A stretch of DNA of 64,000 bases from Dehalococcoidia bacterium (GCA_965248475.1 OZ252106.1:1337365-1401364), one strand, 5' to 3'. Shown: positions 1-10,108, numbered from the stretch's first letter. Notes: generated by a model not told the origin, from the letters alone. Numbers and translations are program-made.

Positions 1-2339
1 GTGGGCTCTCCTTCCTGTGTAGAGATCAGAGCCACCGTCCATCGAACCAAGCCTCCGTGGGTATTCTGGGACCTGATGTATTTGGCAAGGTAGTCACCCC
101 TGACTTTATGGGACCTCTCATGTATGTTGATTTCCCTCAACAGGTCCGCAACCGGCTCTGCATCCACTGAGCGCCAGATACGACTCCCCGACGCCTCAAC
201 AACTTCTGGCTTCCCCAGGGAGGCAATGAATCGGGAGAATCGTTCGTGGTTTCCATGGTTGACCTCGTGTGCTCGATCGAACGTGATGGTCTCGCTGATG
301 TGCTCGGAGTACGAAACCGACATGGGCGTCCCATTGCGCATTTTGTTGGCGGCGGTGATTACGAGTCCAGCCGGATGACTTCTCACCCTCAGCCCAAAGT
401 CACTGGGGGTCATTCCTCTAGTGGCCATCAGATCGAACTCCTGTCGGAGTTCCTCAGTCGCCATCGTGATGTGACAATAGAAATCGCGCAATTCATCTGT
501 GGTATAGAGCCGACAGAGGTCCACATAACCCGGGCGGTAACCGAACCACCGCCCCATCTGAAGCAGGGTGTCGTACATGCGGGAAGCCCGGAGGTAGTAA
601 CTTACGGACAGGCCCTCCAGGGTTAGTCCACGGGACAACTTGTCCCCACCAATCGCTATTGCACTCAATCCCTCGGGATGGTCCCAGTAGTCCAAGGCAT
701 CCTTGGCTGCGCCATTGATCACCTTGACCTGAATCTTCTGGGAAGATTCTACCAATCGTGAGCGAACGGATTCCCATGAAACCTCGTGGCATCCGAGCAC
801 TAGGTCGGGATACAGGTCTCTCACCCCCTGCGAGCTTGGCACAAAATCCTCAAGCCACATTGAGAGCAACTCGTCGATGATGGAATTTGGCGAGTCCCCG
901 TCACCGTATCTGATTCGATTCTGGAGGTCTCTCAGTTCGAACAGCACCAGTTCCGCAACCTGGTTCTGCACATTGACGAACCTGGTCACGTGGATGAGCA
1001 TTGAATTGTGATGTCCTTCTTCCCCACGAGCAGCGCGGATCGCGCAGGTTAGGATGAAGGCCTTCATTGCTCTCTTTAGCGAATCGGGGAGACCCTCCAC
1101 CGCCAGGTGGCTCTTATGAACATTTGGGATGCTGTCTTGGTGATCGCGCACCATGCGAACAAGAGGCAAAGGGGTGATTGGTTCGACATCGTCATCGGGA
1201 TGCGACGGGAGGCCAAAGACCTTGGTAGGCCCCACATGGTTGCTGGGAACCGGAAGATTGATCAGGAAATCGCGTGGGAACAGATCCCGCCCGTATCTGG
1301 CCCCATTCTGATCAGGGTAAATGAAGATGTTGGCAAAGGGTGTGGCCGTATAACCGATGTATGCGCTCTTTTCGAAGGCATTGAGAAGCCCGCGTATCCG
1401 TCTGTTGATGACAGTGGGGTCCTCATCGTCCCCGGTTCCTACGGGGCGCGTGTTCACCGACGCAAAATCGGCCTCATCATCAATGACGAGTGTTGGAATA
1501 TCAGGTATGGGGTCTTCAGGGGCCACGGGACTCAGTGATTTCGCCCATCGGGTGAGGTTTCGTAGCACTGACCCGTTCTTCTTCACAACCATAATAACGA
1601 GGTCACCACCCAGCCTCACGTTGAACTGATTAGCGATTTTACGATTGAAATCACCAGTCTCCTCTGCATTTGTGGATGCAATAGCCCTGTAGAGCTGTTC
1701 CCCAACCAAAGTCCCCACTCCGACTCGTTTGTTGCTGTTGCCCAAGGTCAGATTCAGTCGGGTATCCCATCCCAGGAAGCCCTCGTCAAAGCGCAGTTGA
1801 GTCTGGGCACGCAGACTGTTGGTTGCACCGGTGAGGACCACGACAAACTTGTACCCGGCATCCGCCGCCTTGCAGATCAGCTCGATATAGTTGGATGTCT
1901 TGCCGGACTGCACTTCACCAACGACCATCCCTCGGCGGTCCCATGATCCCGGCCGAACCGGGTTCTCCAATAATCCAAGAACACGGTCTGTGAGGTCGTC
2001 TGATCTCTGCAGTGTTGGAATGGCCCAACGCTTCCGTTCCTTCAGGAATCTTTGGTACCTTCTGGTGAATCCCCATTCGATGGAGGAACGCTGTTCCGCT
2101 AGCCAAGGCAGATGGTCTGTGTTGTCGTCTGTGAGGGTCGCAGCCGCACCAACCACTACGTTGAGGTTAGCCTCCAACTCCCTAACTAGAGAGTCAAGAT
2201 CCACCTCCGAGTCAGGAGCCTGGGCTTTCACGGCTTGGACGGCGATCTCTGCCGTCTTCCTGACATCCGCTTCGCCAGGAGGATTCTCTCCTTGCAGCAG
2301 GTTGAGGGCTATGATTCTGGCCCGGTCGAAGTCACTCAC
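1..2339 (-). CDS. Z1-domain SF2-ATPase-like protein (MzaB-like), runs off window edge
   Basis: Hand translation from GTG 2339, overlapping the MORC stop: MSDFDRARII...GMVVGEVQSGKTSNY...LVIDDEADFASVNT...YIGYTATPFANIF...HNSMLIHVT; probably absent from the ORF track because no stop lies inside the window. Confidence 0.88.
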   Translation of the reverse strand, partial: MSDFDRARIIALNLLQGENPPGEADVRKTAEIAVQAVKAQAPDSEVDLDSLVRELEANLNVVVGAAATLTDDNTDHLPWLAEQRSSIEWGFTRRYQRFLKERKRWAIPTLQRSDDLTDRVLGLLENPVRPGSWDRRGMVVGEVQSGKTSNYIELICKAADAGYKFVVVLTGATNSLRAQTQLRFDEGFLGWDTRLNLTLGNSNKRVGVGTLVGEQLYRAIASTNAEETGDFNRKIANQFNVRLGGDLVIMVVKKNGSVLRNLTRWAKSLSPVAPEDPIPDIPTLVIDDEADFASVNTRPVGTGDDEDPTVINRRIRGLLNAFEKSAYIGYTATPFANIFIYPDQNGARYGRDLFPRDFLINLPVPSNHVGPTKVFGLPSHPDDDVEPITPLPLVRMVRDHQDSIPNVHKSHLAVEGLPDSLKRAMKAFILTCAIRAARGEEGHHNSMLIHVTRFVNVQNQVAELVLFELRDLQNRIRYGDGDSPNSIIDELLSMWLEDFVPSSQGVRDLYPDLVLGCHEVSWESVRSRLVESSQKIQVKVINGAAKDALDYWDHPEGLSAIAIGGDKLSRGLTLEGLSVSYYLRASRMYDTLLQMGRWFGYRPGYVDLCRLYTTDELRDFYCHITMATEELRQEFDLMATRGMTPSDFGLRVRSHPAGLVITAANKMRNGTPMSVSYSEHISETITFDRAHEVNHGNHERFSRFIASLGKPEVVEASGSRIWRSVDAEPVADLLREINIHERSHKVRGDYLAKYIRSQNTHGGLVRWTVALISTQEGEP

Positions 2340-3930
2340 CGTTCCTATCCTTTAACAGGTTCTCTACCGTTGGTTCCACCAGCTCATAACGCTCTCCGAT
2401 GGCTTCGGTGGCTACCAACCGCTCAATGGCCTCAGTGTGGGTCAAGCCAGTTTTGATGAGAGCGTCGTAGAGAGCACGGATCAGCTCCACAATCTCCTGT
2501 TCTACAGCTGACTCGAACGGTCTGCTCTGGGATTCATCGCCCTCGGCCATATCGACCCAGATTTGCTGAACAGGGACGTATTCTTCTATGAGGCGCAGAA
2601 TCCGAAGGAGGTCCTGAGCAACGATGGAGTTTGCAGCAAGGGCGTGCCGAATCAGGGGATGGTCTCGATTGACCACGTACGACACCCGCTTCGCCTTCAC
2701 GTGCCTCTGCCAAACGAACACGGGACTCTTTCGAACACCCCGTGCGATTGTCTTGCCGCGATGTCTATACACCGTGACAGCCCTCTTTCGGGTCACCTTG
2801 GCAATCCGGAGAAGATCATCTCTATATGGCAGCGGCGGCTTGGCGTGGGACTTCCTAACATCAATGCGCCACTGATGATCGAATGAATTGGGGAGGTCAA
2901 TCTGAATCCGGGCCAGCTTATAATGCTCCTCCTTCAGAAATCCCAGCCCAAGCCAATCGCCTGGTAGTAGGAGTCGACGGTTTCGGTAGACGTAGAAACC
3001 CTGGTGGGCATTCCACCCGGACGGCCCCCCAGCGGCGCGATGCTTGTCTGCCGTTAGGTGGGAATGGTGTGGAAGCACGTAGGGGGTAACTGTTATCTCG
3101 GCATCCATAGGCCCCAGAGTTTCGGCTGAAAGCCGTTGCGTCGCTGATTCATCGGTAAGAAAGGGATCCCAGGGCTTTATCATCTGACCGTTGAGCCACA
3201 ATGTGATGGAGTTCCTATCGGTCATGAAACGGTGGAACACCATGCCGAGATGTTCCTCAACCGCCCGAAGTGCGTTGTGAAATTGCCGCCGTGCTCGTAC
3301 GTTGTCAGCTTTAGCGTCACCGACCAAGCCATCCAGTTTATTCCACACCACCAGAGTGCCGTGCTCCAGTTGAGACAGCTGCTCAACACCACTGCCGACC
3401 GCCTCGACCGGGACATTCAGCAGTTGCCAATCTCCGGTGGCTTCCAAATGATCCAAGTCCCATCGCCGAGCACTTACCCCATTGCGGCCTGCGACGTGTG
3501 TGGCAACGGTCAAGGACCTGGCTTGGGAGATTGAGGCCGTCTTGAGACCCAGGCCGAAGCGTCCAAGGTCAGACGGCTCGCGCACCTCGCGGGGGCTCCG
3601 AGAACCAATTCTCATCGCGTCAATCAATTCCTCCTCACACATCCCGTGGCCGTCGTCAAGAATTGACGCCCAAGAAGCCTCTCCTGCCCAGTGGAAGTTC
3701 AGCCAGATGTTACGGGCCTCGGCGGTGATGCTGTTGTCAATGAGGTCGGATACAGCGTCTGGAAGAGAGTAACCAGTCGCCCTCAAGGATTCCATGAGAG
3801 CATCAGCACGGGGAGCAACTACATCAAATTCACTGTTCAACTTGTCTCCAGAGGGCACTACGTCAGCAAGTAGACCCGATTCGGGGTGAGGACATGGCGT
3901 AGAGGGCAGTTGAGATCTCTTCAGAGCCAT
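2332..3930 (-). CDS. MORC/GHKL-family ATPase (MzaA-like)
   Basis: GHKL motifs DLIDNSITA, DDGHGM, DLGRFGLGLKTAS, HGTLVVW; GFYVYRNRRL. Confidence 0.9.
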   Translation of the reverse strand: MALKRSQLPSTPCPHPESGLLADVVPSGDKLNSEFDVVAPRADALMESLRATGYSLPDAVSDLIDNSITAEARNIWLNFHWAGEASWASILDDGHGMCEEELIDAMRIGSRSPREVREPSDLGRFGLGLKTASISQARSLTVATHVAGRNGVSARRWDLDHLEATGDWQLLNVPVEAVGSGVEQLSQLEHGTLVVWNKLDGLVGDAKADNVRARRQFHNALRAVEEHLGMVFHRFMTDRNSITLWLNGQMIKPWDPFLTDESATQRLSAETLGPMDAEITVTPYVLPHHSHLTADKHRAAGGPSGWNAHQGFYVYRNRRLLLPGDWLGLGFLKEEHYKLARIQIDLPNSFDHQWRIDVRKSHAKPPLPYRDDLLRIAKVTRKRAVTVYRHRGKTIARGVRKSPVFVWQRHVKAKRVSYVVNRDHPLIRHALAANSIVAQDLLRILRLIEEYVPVQQIWVDMAEGDESQSRPFESAVEQEIVELIRALYDALIKTGLTHTEAIERLVATEAIGERYELVEPTVENLLKDRNGE

Positions 3931-4046
3931 CGCCAGTTCTCACCTCGTAGCCTTGGGAAACTCGCTCGGGCATAGAGCGTCGGCAACTCCGTCCGGGTTG
4001 CTGCGGCAGTAACGCAGTGACATTCGCTATTCTCGAACATCCTCGC

Positions 4047-4280
4047 TCAAGGCCCTCTTCGTCCTGCTGGTGTTGTCTTGTCAGTTGGATGAGTCTCAGG
4101 ATCACTCCCGCCTCCGGTCTTCACCCATTCGTCCACTTCAGACAGCCGGAATCGCAGCAACCGCCCAACCCTGTGTGCAGGGAAGTCCTTGGAGTCGACC
4201 CAACGGTAGATGGAATCCCTGGCTACGCGTAAGTGGGCAGCGACATCTGCGATACCAACCCAACCTTCTTCAGAGGCCAT
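4047..4280 (-). CDS. Excisionase-like HTH (HTH_17) protein heading the defence operon
   Basis: WVGIADVAAHLRVARDSIYRWV...PAHRVGRLLRFRLSEVDEW. Confidence 0.85.
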   Translation of the reverse strand: MASEEGWVGIADVAAHLRVARDSIYRWVDSKDFPAHRVGRLLRFRLSEVDEWVKTGGGSDPETHPTDKTTPAGRRGP

Positions 4281-4299
4281 ACTGACTAACTCCTCTTTA

Positions 4300-4352
4300 A
4301 GAGACTCTAAGAGTCTCTATGAAAATATATGACAGTAGGCTTCTATCGTCAA
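4300..4352 (-). promoter_or_regulatory. sigma70-type promoter plus palindromic operator for the HTH/MORC/Z1 operon
   Basis: Minus strand TTGACG-N17-TATATT; perfect 9-1-9 palindrome AGAGACTCT-A-AGAGTCTCT at 4300-4318. Confidence 0.7.
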
Positions 4353-4518
4353 TCCTGTTCCCCATTTCCAAACGCAGAGAAGGGAGGTGCACGGATTCCG
4401 GGCAACAAAATAGGTCTGCATACATGGACATACAGTGGCTCAGCGGTCTAGTGTCCCGCGCCGCCCGGCTCCTCGTATCCGACTCCTTGCAGAATCAGGG
4501 GGAGATTATGGCGGCAGG

Positions 4519-4644
4519 TCAGAGAGATGCGGGCGCCTCCCGCTCCGGCCCCTGACCCTCCTCCATCCGGTAGCCGAAGCGGAGCTCGGTGAGGATGTGT
4601 GTGGGATGGTCAGCGTTGTCCCCCAACTGGCGCCGGAGCTGCTT
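4519..4644 (-). pseudogene. C-terminal fragment of an OmpR/KdpE-type response regulator
   Basis: Translates KQLRRQLGDNADHPTHILTELRFGYRM, typical of the trans_reg_C end; no N-terminal part. Confidence 0.6.
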
Positions 4645-4786
4645 CGGGAGCCGGCAGGCCCTCAGGCGGAGTTAGGAAACGGACCCTGCGGGGAGTCTCG
4701 CGCTCCGTCTTCGGTCTTGCACGCCGGACGGTCCGGACATCGCAGTAGGAGGGAGATTGCAGCCGTCTTCCTGAAGGACACGGTTG

Positions 4787-5022
4787 ATGCCGTGACAGCG
4801 CACACAGTACAGAAGAAGGACCTACGACTTTCCCGACGACTTCCCGCAGCGCCTGGTGTGGTTCAAGCACGCGTCCGGCCTGTCGTGGGCGGAGATCGCC
4901 CGCCGCATCGGGACCTATCCCCACACGATGAAACGGAAGGGGTGCAGCCCCATTTCCGGCATCAGATGGCGCTGCTGGGCCTGGCCGACGACCTGGAGCT
5001 CGGCTGCATATTCACCGAGTAG
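4787..5022 (+). pseudogene. Degraded XRE-HTH gene, paralog of those at 31448-32317
   Basis: ATG CCG TGA then ...FPDDFPQRLVWFKHASGLSWAEIARRIG..., frameshift, then GVQPHFRHQMALLGLAD. Confidence 0.7.
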
Positions 5023-5147
5023 GGAGCGGCGCGCCGGTAGCCCTACTGACTAACTCTCGTGGTGCACCCATGTCAGTTAGTCCCCTCTGCACGGCCCGGA
5101 TACGGGCATAGACCTGCTGAAACGCAGAAAAGGCCGCATACATGGTT

Positions 5148-5195
5148 GCGCAGGGGGAGGCCATCGCTGACGTAGCGACGACCTCCCCCTGTGTG
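5148..5195 (-). terminator. GC-rich hairpin downstream of the helicase gene
   Basis: GCGCAGGGGGAGG...CCTCCCCCTGTGTG inverted repeat right after the stop at 5203. Confidence 0.5.
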
Positions 5196-5202
5196 TTCCG
5201 GT

Positions 5203-7500
5203 CTAGCGCCCCGCGCCGACCGGCTCCTCCTCTCTTTCCTGCTCCATTTCCAGCGCCCACTCGAACAGGGACGTGGCTGCGGGCTGAGGCTTGCGGCCCC
5301 GGCCCTTCGGCTTCTGCGGCTCCTCGGCCATGAACTCCGCCCAGGAGAACATCGACTGCTGGGTCTCTTCCACCACGTCAGCATGACCGTTAGCCGCCGC
5401 AGTCTCGACGACGATCCCGGTGCCGTTCCGATGCACCTCGACCGTCTCAGGTTCCACCTCCACGGCGTGCCACCCCTCGTCCACCAGCAGCTCCTCGGAG
5501 ACGGCCTCGGCGTCTCGCGCTTGGGCGAAGGCATCCTCCACCGACTCTCCTTCTTCTTCCTCCTCTCCGTTCACGATCTTCCTTGCCAACGCCAGCATGA
5601 TGTCGTCGCCGTCGTCGCCGTAGGCCGCCAGTCCGTCCTCGGGCAGCTCACCCTCCACCGCCAGGGAGCTTTGCAGCTTTTGGGCCACCAATTTGAGGGC
5701 ATCCGCCTGGAGGGTGCCCCGGTAGGCCATGAACACGACCTTGACGGGCCGGGTCTGTCCGATGCGCCACGAACGGCGCGACGCCTGCCGCATGGTGTAG
5801 ACGCTGTAATCCGTCTCGAACCAGACCAGGGTCGGGAAATCGATCAGGTCCAGCCCGGTCTGCACCAGCCTGGGGTGGCAGACCACCACGTCCACTCCCT
5901 CCTTGACCCGCTGCTCCACCCACGCTTCTCTGCGGTCCGGGGCCACGGCGTCGGCCTTCATCACCGCCGCCCGGAATCCGTGCCTGGTCAGGATGTCGCT
6001 CATCCGCTCGGTAATGTCCCTGGTTCCGGTATGAGTGGCGTAGACCAACACTCTCCTCCCCTCCATTCTTTCCGCCGCCACCAGGTCCAGCAGGGCCTTC
6101 TCCTTTGGGTACAGCTTCTCCTCGGAGAGCGGCGGCACCTGGACCAGCACGTCCTCCGACTCCGGGTCGAAGACGGTCTCACCCCGTGTGCAGCCGTCGG
6201 GGTAGGCCAGCAGCGATTGGAGGTAGGTGGAGAGGAGTTTCCGTGACCCCTTGGCCAGCGCATCGGCGAGGGCGGCCCGCAGCTTGTCGTACAGGGTGCC
6301 GTAGGCTCCCCGCTGGGTGTAGCCGTAGCTGTCGGGCTCGGAGTCCATCGACGAGAGGAGAATCTGCTCCTCGTAGGAGGGCAGCCCCGAGGCCACGTCG
6401 GAGAGTCTGAGGAACACCGAGTTGCCGATCAGGTGGAACAACGCGGCTGGTGCGAGCCCCGGCCGTTCCCGCACCACCTTGCGGTACCGCCTGCGCCGGC
6501 TGAACCGTCCATCCTCCACCGAGTCGTCGTCGTCCTTGCCGATGGTGTGCTCCTCGAAGCCGTACCGTTGTATCCACCTTCCCTCCTCGGAGCGCCCGAA
6601 CTCCGTCCTGATGGCCGGGCTGAACCGGTACAGCAGGTGGAACAGAGTGCTCGAATACCCTCCAGTTAGGGTGCCTGTCAGGGTGAGGGAGCGGCCGCAG
6701 GAGTCGGCGAGGACGCCCGCTGCGATGCCCTGGGCGGAGCCCCTTCCCTTGTATTCATGCACCTCGTCTGTTACGAGGAGCTCGAAGAACCCCTTCATCC
6801 GCTTCTTGATGTAGTCCGCGAGTGGATATCGCTTCGGCCCCTTGGGGTCGGCCTGCCACAGGGCGGAGCCGCACCCGGCGCAGGTGCGCCGCTTGCGCCC
6901 CATCTCCTCGGCGGTGAGGGGCACACCGTCCTTGTCCACGATCTGGCTGGCGCAGATGGGGCAGCAGGGGACCCGGAAGGGCTCCCCCGTCTCTTCGTCC
7001 CGGATGAGCCCGCCTCTGGATGTGGCCCACTTCTCGATGTATGCCGCCTGCCAGCGGTAGGAGAGCTTCGCCCGTTCCCTGGACATGATGGCGAAGAGGG
7101 GGCCTGGGCCGGTGGAGAGGCGCAGCTTCTCCAGGTCGGTGATGGAGGCGACGATGGCGACGCGGGCCTTGGGCACCGTCTGCTCCACCTCACGCTTCCA
7201 CTTCCGGGTCAGGTGAGGAGGCGTGAGTACGAGCACCCACCTGAAGCCAGCGGCGTAGGCTGCGGATGCGCCGATGTAGGTCTTGCCTGTGCCCATCTCC
7301 CCCACGACGTTGGTGCCCTGGTGGGCTGCAAGGGAGAGGGTGACGCCCCGTATGGCGTCGGCCTGGGCTCCCAGGGGGGAGCGGAGCAGTTGGGGCAGGC
7401 CGTGGCCGTTCTGGGAGGGCCGGTAGAGGGGCGGGTAGGACTCCACCACCCGTTGGGCTATTGCATCTCGGTACTTGTCGATGAACTGGGCGAGGTCCAT
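5203..7500 (-). CDS. SF2 (SNF2-like) helicase with Zn-ribbon insert
   Basis: GEMGTGKT, LLVTDEVH, LTGT, QTGLDL, QASRRSWRIGQ; CPIC/CAGC. Confidence 0.9.
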   Translation of the reverse strand: MDLAQFIDKYRDAIAQRVVESYPPLYRPSQNGHGLPQLLRSPLGAQADAIRGVTLSLAAHQGTNVVGEMGTGKTYIGASAAYAAGFRWVLVLTPPHLTRKWKREVEQTVPKARVAIVASITDLEKLRLSTGPGPLFAIMSRERAKLSYRWQAAYIEKWATSRGGLIRDEETGEPFRVPCCPICASQIVDKDGVPLTAEEMGRKRRTCAGCGSALWQADPKGPKRYPLADYIKKRMKGFFELLVTDEVHEYKGRGSAQGIAAGVLADSCGRSLTLTGTLTGGYSSTLFHLLYRFSPAIRTEFGRSEEGRWIQRYGFEEHTIGKDDDDSVEDGRFSRRRRYRKVVRERPGLAPAALFHLIGNSVFLRLSDVASGLPSYEEQILLSSMDSEPDSYGYTQRGAYGTLYDKLRAALADALAKGSRKLLSTYLQSLLAYPDGCTRGETVFDPESEDVLVQVPPLSEEKLYPKEKALLDLVAAERMEGRRVLVYATHTGTRDITERMSDILTRHGFRAAVMKADAVAPDRREAWVEQRVKEGVDVVVCHPRLVQTGLDLIDFPTLVWFETDYSVYTMRQASRRSWRIGQTRPVKVVFMAYRGTLQADALKLVAQKLQSSLAVEGELPEDGLAAYGDDGDDIMLALARKIVNGEEEEEGESVEDAFAQARDAEAVSEELLVDEGWHAVEVEPETVEVHRNGTGIVVETAAANGHADVVEETQQSMFSWAEFMAEEPQKPKGRGRKPQPAATSLFEWALEMEQEREEEPVGAGR

Positions 7501-7625
7501 TGGTTTTCTCCTTCCTTCTTATAGAGGTATCGCTTCTGGCTGCTTCGGTCCTGATAAAGGGCGAGGCCCCGTGGTCCTGGAAAGAACCAGCGGGACCTCG
7601 TGACGCGGCTCTGGGGTGGAGTCGT

Positions 7626-8663
7626 CTATGCGGCGATGTCGGTGATTACGCCGTCCCCGAGGTCCAGGGCGACGACGGTGGTGCGGAGCCTCTCCCTATA
7701 GGTCTCCTTGTCCGGGGTCTCCTCGACCAGCACCAGCTCCTTGGTGGTCTTCCCCTTGACCAGAATGCGCCGACCGTCCGCTTCGAGCTGGAGGTTGTCC
7801 AGGAACCCGGCGGCGATGAGCATGGCCATGTGCCCGCGTCGGAGCGGCATCAGGGGGCGGGTCCTCTGGTCCTTGCTGGGCCAGAGGGAGTCCGTTACTT
7901 CGGCGCTGGCCCACAGGCCGGAACGCCGGGCCTCCTGCGCCGCCGCCACGGGGTCGACGGTGCGGGTGGCGAACAGGATGTCCCCCGCGTCCGAGGTGAT
8001 GGCGGTGTAGATGGGGTAGCCTTGGGAGTACAGAGGCTCCGGCTCTCCCTCGGCCCAGGCCAGCACCTGCCCCTGCGCCTCCTCGTCGAGACGGGGCTCC
8101 GCCATCCGGTAGCCGATGACCACCACCTGGTCGAAGGCTTCTCTTTCGGGGTGTGGGAAGGCCCAGCACCTCAATCTATAGTAATAGGAGGCGAGGTACT
8201 TGGCCGAGACCGCGAGACGCTGGCGGGGCACGATGAACACCAGGAGGCCGCCGTCGTTTAGGTAGCGGGTCGAGTGGGTAAGGAATGCGTGCTCCGTCCG
8301 CTTGCTTTCAGGGTCATGGTCGTATGGCGGGTTGAGCAGGCAGATGCCGAACGCCTGGTTGCCTATGGAGGTCTGGAACAGGTCGGCGGCCAGGGTGCGG
8401 TGCAGCCGGGATGCGGCCTCCTCAGCCCGGTCGGTATGCAGCTCCACCCCGTAGGTCTCTATGGGAATCGTGTTGTCCTGGGTCAGCCGCTCTCCCAGCT
8501 GGGCCACCGCATCCCCGGCCCCGCAGCAGGGGTCGAGGATGCGGACCACCTCCCGGTTGCGGTAGTAGTAGCCCGCAGGCGCCCGTATCAGCGTGGCGAT
8601 GAAGTCCACCACCCGCGCGGGCGTCGGGTAAAAGCCGCCTTTACTCTGTGCAGCCAGTCTCAT
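7626..8663 (-). CDS. SAM-dependent adenine methyltransferase-like protein (DUF6094 type)
   Basis: GFYPTP, ILDPCCGAG, NPPY. Confidence 0.85.
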   Translation of the reverse strand: MRLAAQSKGGFYPTPARVVDFIATLIRAPAGYYYRNREVVRILDPCCGAGDAVAQLGERLTQDNTIPIETYGVELHTDRAEEAASRLHRTLAADLFQTSIGNQAFGICLLNPPYDHDPESKRTEHAFLTHSTRYLNDGGLLVFIVPRQRLAVSAKYLASYYYRLRCWAFPHPEREAFDQVVVIGYRMAEPRLDEEAQGQVLAWAEGEPEPLYSQGYPIYTAITSDAGDILFATRTVDPVAAAQEARRSGLWASAEVTDSLWPSKDQRTRPLMPLRRGHMAMLIAAGFLDNLQLEADGRRILVKGKTTKELVLVEETPDKETYRERLRTTVVALDLGDGVITDIAA

Positions 8664-8923
8664 GATGTCTCTCCTTCCTCATGGTCGGTCGATGTTGATG
8701 GGCCGAACTTGCAGGGCTCGGGGCTGCAGAAGTAGCAGTCCCGCCTCGCCCTGGGTGGCGGGACGTAGTCCTCGGCGGACAGGGCGAGGAATATCACCTG
8801 CACGCCGCAGGAGTTGCAGTGGTAGATCTCTCCCGTATGGACATCCCTGTCCGGCTCCTCTATCTGGGCGAACCGCTCCTCGCAGTGGGGGCAGGTGAAG
8901 TAGATGGTCTGGTTCGTGTTCAT
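8660..8923 (-). CDS. Small Zn-ribbon protein
   Basis: CPHC, CNSC, CYFC; AAAGGAG RBS; stop overlaps next start. Confidence 0.65.
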   Translation of the reverse strand: MNTNQTIYFTCPHCEERFAQIEEPDRDVHTGEIYHCNSCGVQVIFLALSAEDYVPPPRARRDCYFCSPEPCKFGPSTSTDHEEGETS

Positions 8924-8952
8924 GGCTTATCTCCTTTCATTGGCCGCCGCCT

Positions 8953-9351
8953 TCAGGCAGCGAGCCGCTTATCTGACTTGATACCCACCACCTCTCCGGT
9001 GGCGAGACTACGCTGGTAGCAGAGCACCTGGCGGGTGCCCGCAGCCTCTGCACACGCGGTGCAAAAAGCGGTGACGATCTCGGCCTGTTTCGCCACCGTC
9101 ACTCGTCTGACCAGCACCGAGCCGTTGTCTGCGCTGGTGTGTCGGTAGAGCATCACCGTGGGATCGCTCCTCTCTGCCCTAGTCGCTGGCCGATAGAAAT
9201 GCGGTTGCGCGGACGTGCACAGGTGCGTCGTGTGATCGTGCTTACAGAAACGGCAGGTCGTCCCGTCCGGCGAGAAGCGCTGCCAGGCTTTGAAGTTGCG
9301 CTCCTGCCGGTGCTTATTGGTGCGTTTGGCTCTCGTCAGCGTCTTATCCAT
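8953..9351 (-). CDS. Hypothetical Cys/His-rich protein
   Basis: CRFC..H..H.C, CTAC; coupled to upstream ORF. Confidence 0.6.
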   Translation of the reverse strand: MDKTLTRAKRTNKHRQERNFKAWQRFSPDGTTCRFCKHDHTTHLCTSAQPHFYRPATRAERSDPTVMLYRHTSADNGSVLVRRVTVAKQAEIVTAFCTACAEAAGTRQVLCYQRSLATGEVVGIKSDKRLAA

Positions 9352-10003
9352 ACCCTCCTCCGTTCACTGCTGACACGATGGACTCTTCCTCTCCGGGTAG
9401 GGTCAGCGTCCCAGAAGCCACCGCCTCCGAGAGGTCCTCCTTGAGGGATTCGGGGTTGGGGTTGCAGCGGTAGGCGACCACTCCCGTCGATTGGAGCTGA
9501 GTGGTCTCCTCCTTCTGAAGGCCCCGCCGCCACAGCCAGTCTGCCCAGGAGGGATGCAACGGCAGTGGGCTCCTCTTGTCCAGGAAGCGGTAGTGGAGCC
9601 TGGGGGCCTCGTCTTCCGTCTGGGCCAGGAGGAGGAAGGTGTCGTGTTCGGAGGCGTACTGGGCCATTTTCGTATAGACCAACGCGTGCCAGCCACCACT
9701 CACCGGCAGCTTGGCTATCTTGGTCGTCCACGTGCCAATTGTTTGGTACGGGATACCGCAGCGCTCATACCCTCCCGAGAGGGCCATCCCATCCGCGCCC
9801 TGGATGAGGTGGGCAACATCGGGCGGTTGCTTGAGCAGGGAGGCCCAGATCGCCTTGAGCGCCGTCTGGGAGCCCACCATCGAGAGGAACCAGAGGCCGT
9901 CGGTCGCCTCGTCGCGGGCGAAGGCGTCGGCGGTGGCGCTGAAGCCTGCTGCGTTGATGGTGTACAGGGCTTCGGGGTCGAGGGTGTGTTCGGTTGCAAG
10001 CAT
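9344..10003 (-). CDS. Conserved ICE hypothetical protein
   Basis: Strong RBS; ADAFARDE..LWFLS and SPLPLHPSWADWL recall the protein upstream of DUF6094/helicase pairs in other ICEs (recollection only). Confidence 0.65.
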   Translation of the reverse strand: MLATEHTLDPEALYTINAAGFSATADAFARDEATDGLWFLSMVGSQTALKAIWASLLKQPPDVAHLIQGADGMALSGGYERCGIPYQTIGTWTTKIAKLPVSGGWHALVYTKMAQYASEHDTFLLLAQTEDEAPRLHYRFLDKRSPLPLHPSWADWLWRRGLQKEETTQLQSTGVVAYRCNPNPESLKEDLSEAVASGTLTLPGEEESIVSAVNGGGYG

Positions 10004-10108
10004 GAGTATGTCTCCTTTCGGTAATTGGAATGCTGATGCGCGGAGGTGTGGTGACTCCGTGGGGGCCGGTAAGGGTCGTTGCTGGGCTGCCTGGGTTTTC
10101 CTATAGGA

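Noticed and set aside
1-5200. Left attachment site as a duplicated tRNA-Lys 3' end
   Set aside because: No TGGTGGGCCGTC-like copy noticed by eye; the boundary is probably outside the window, though serine recombinases need only a very short core
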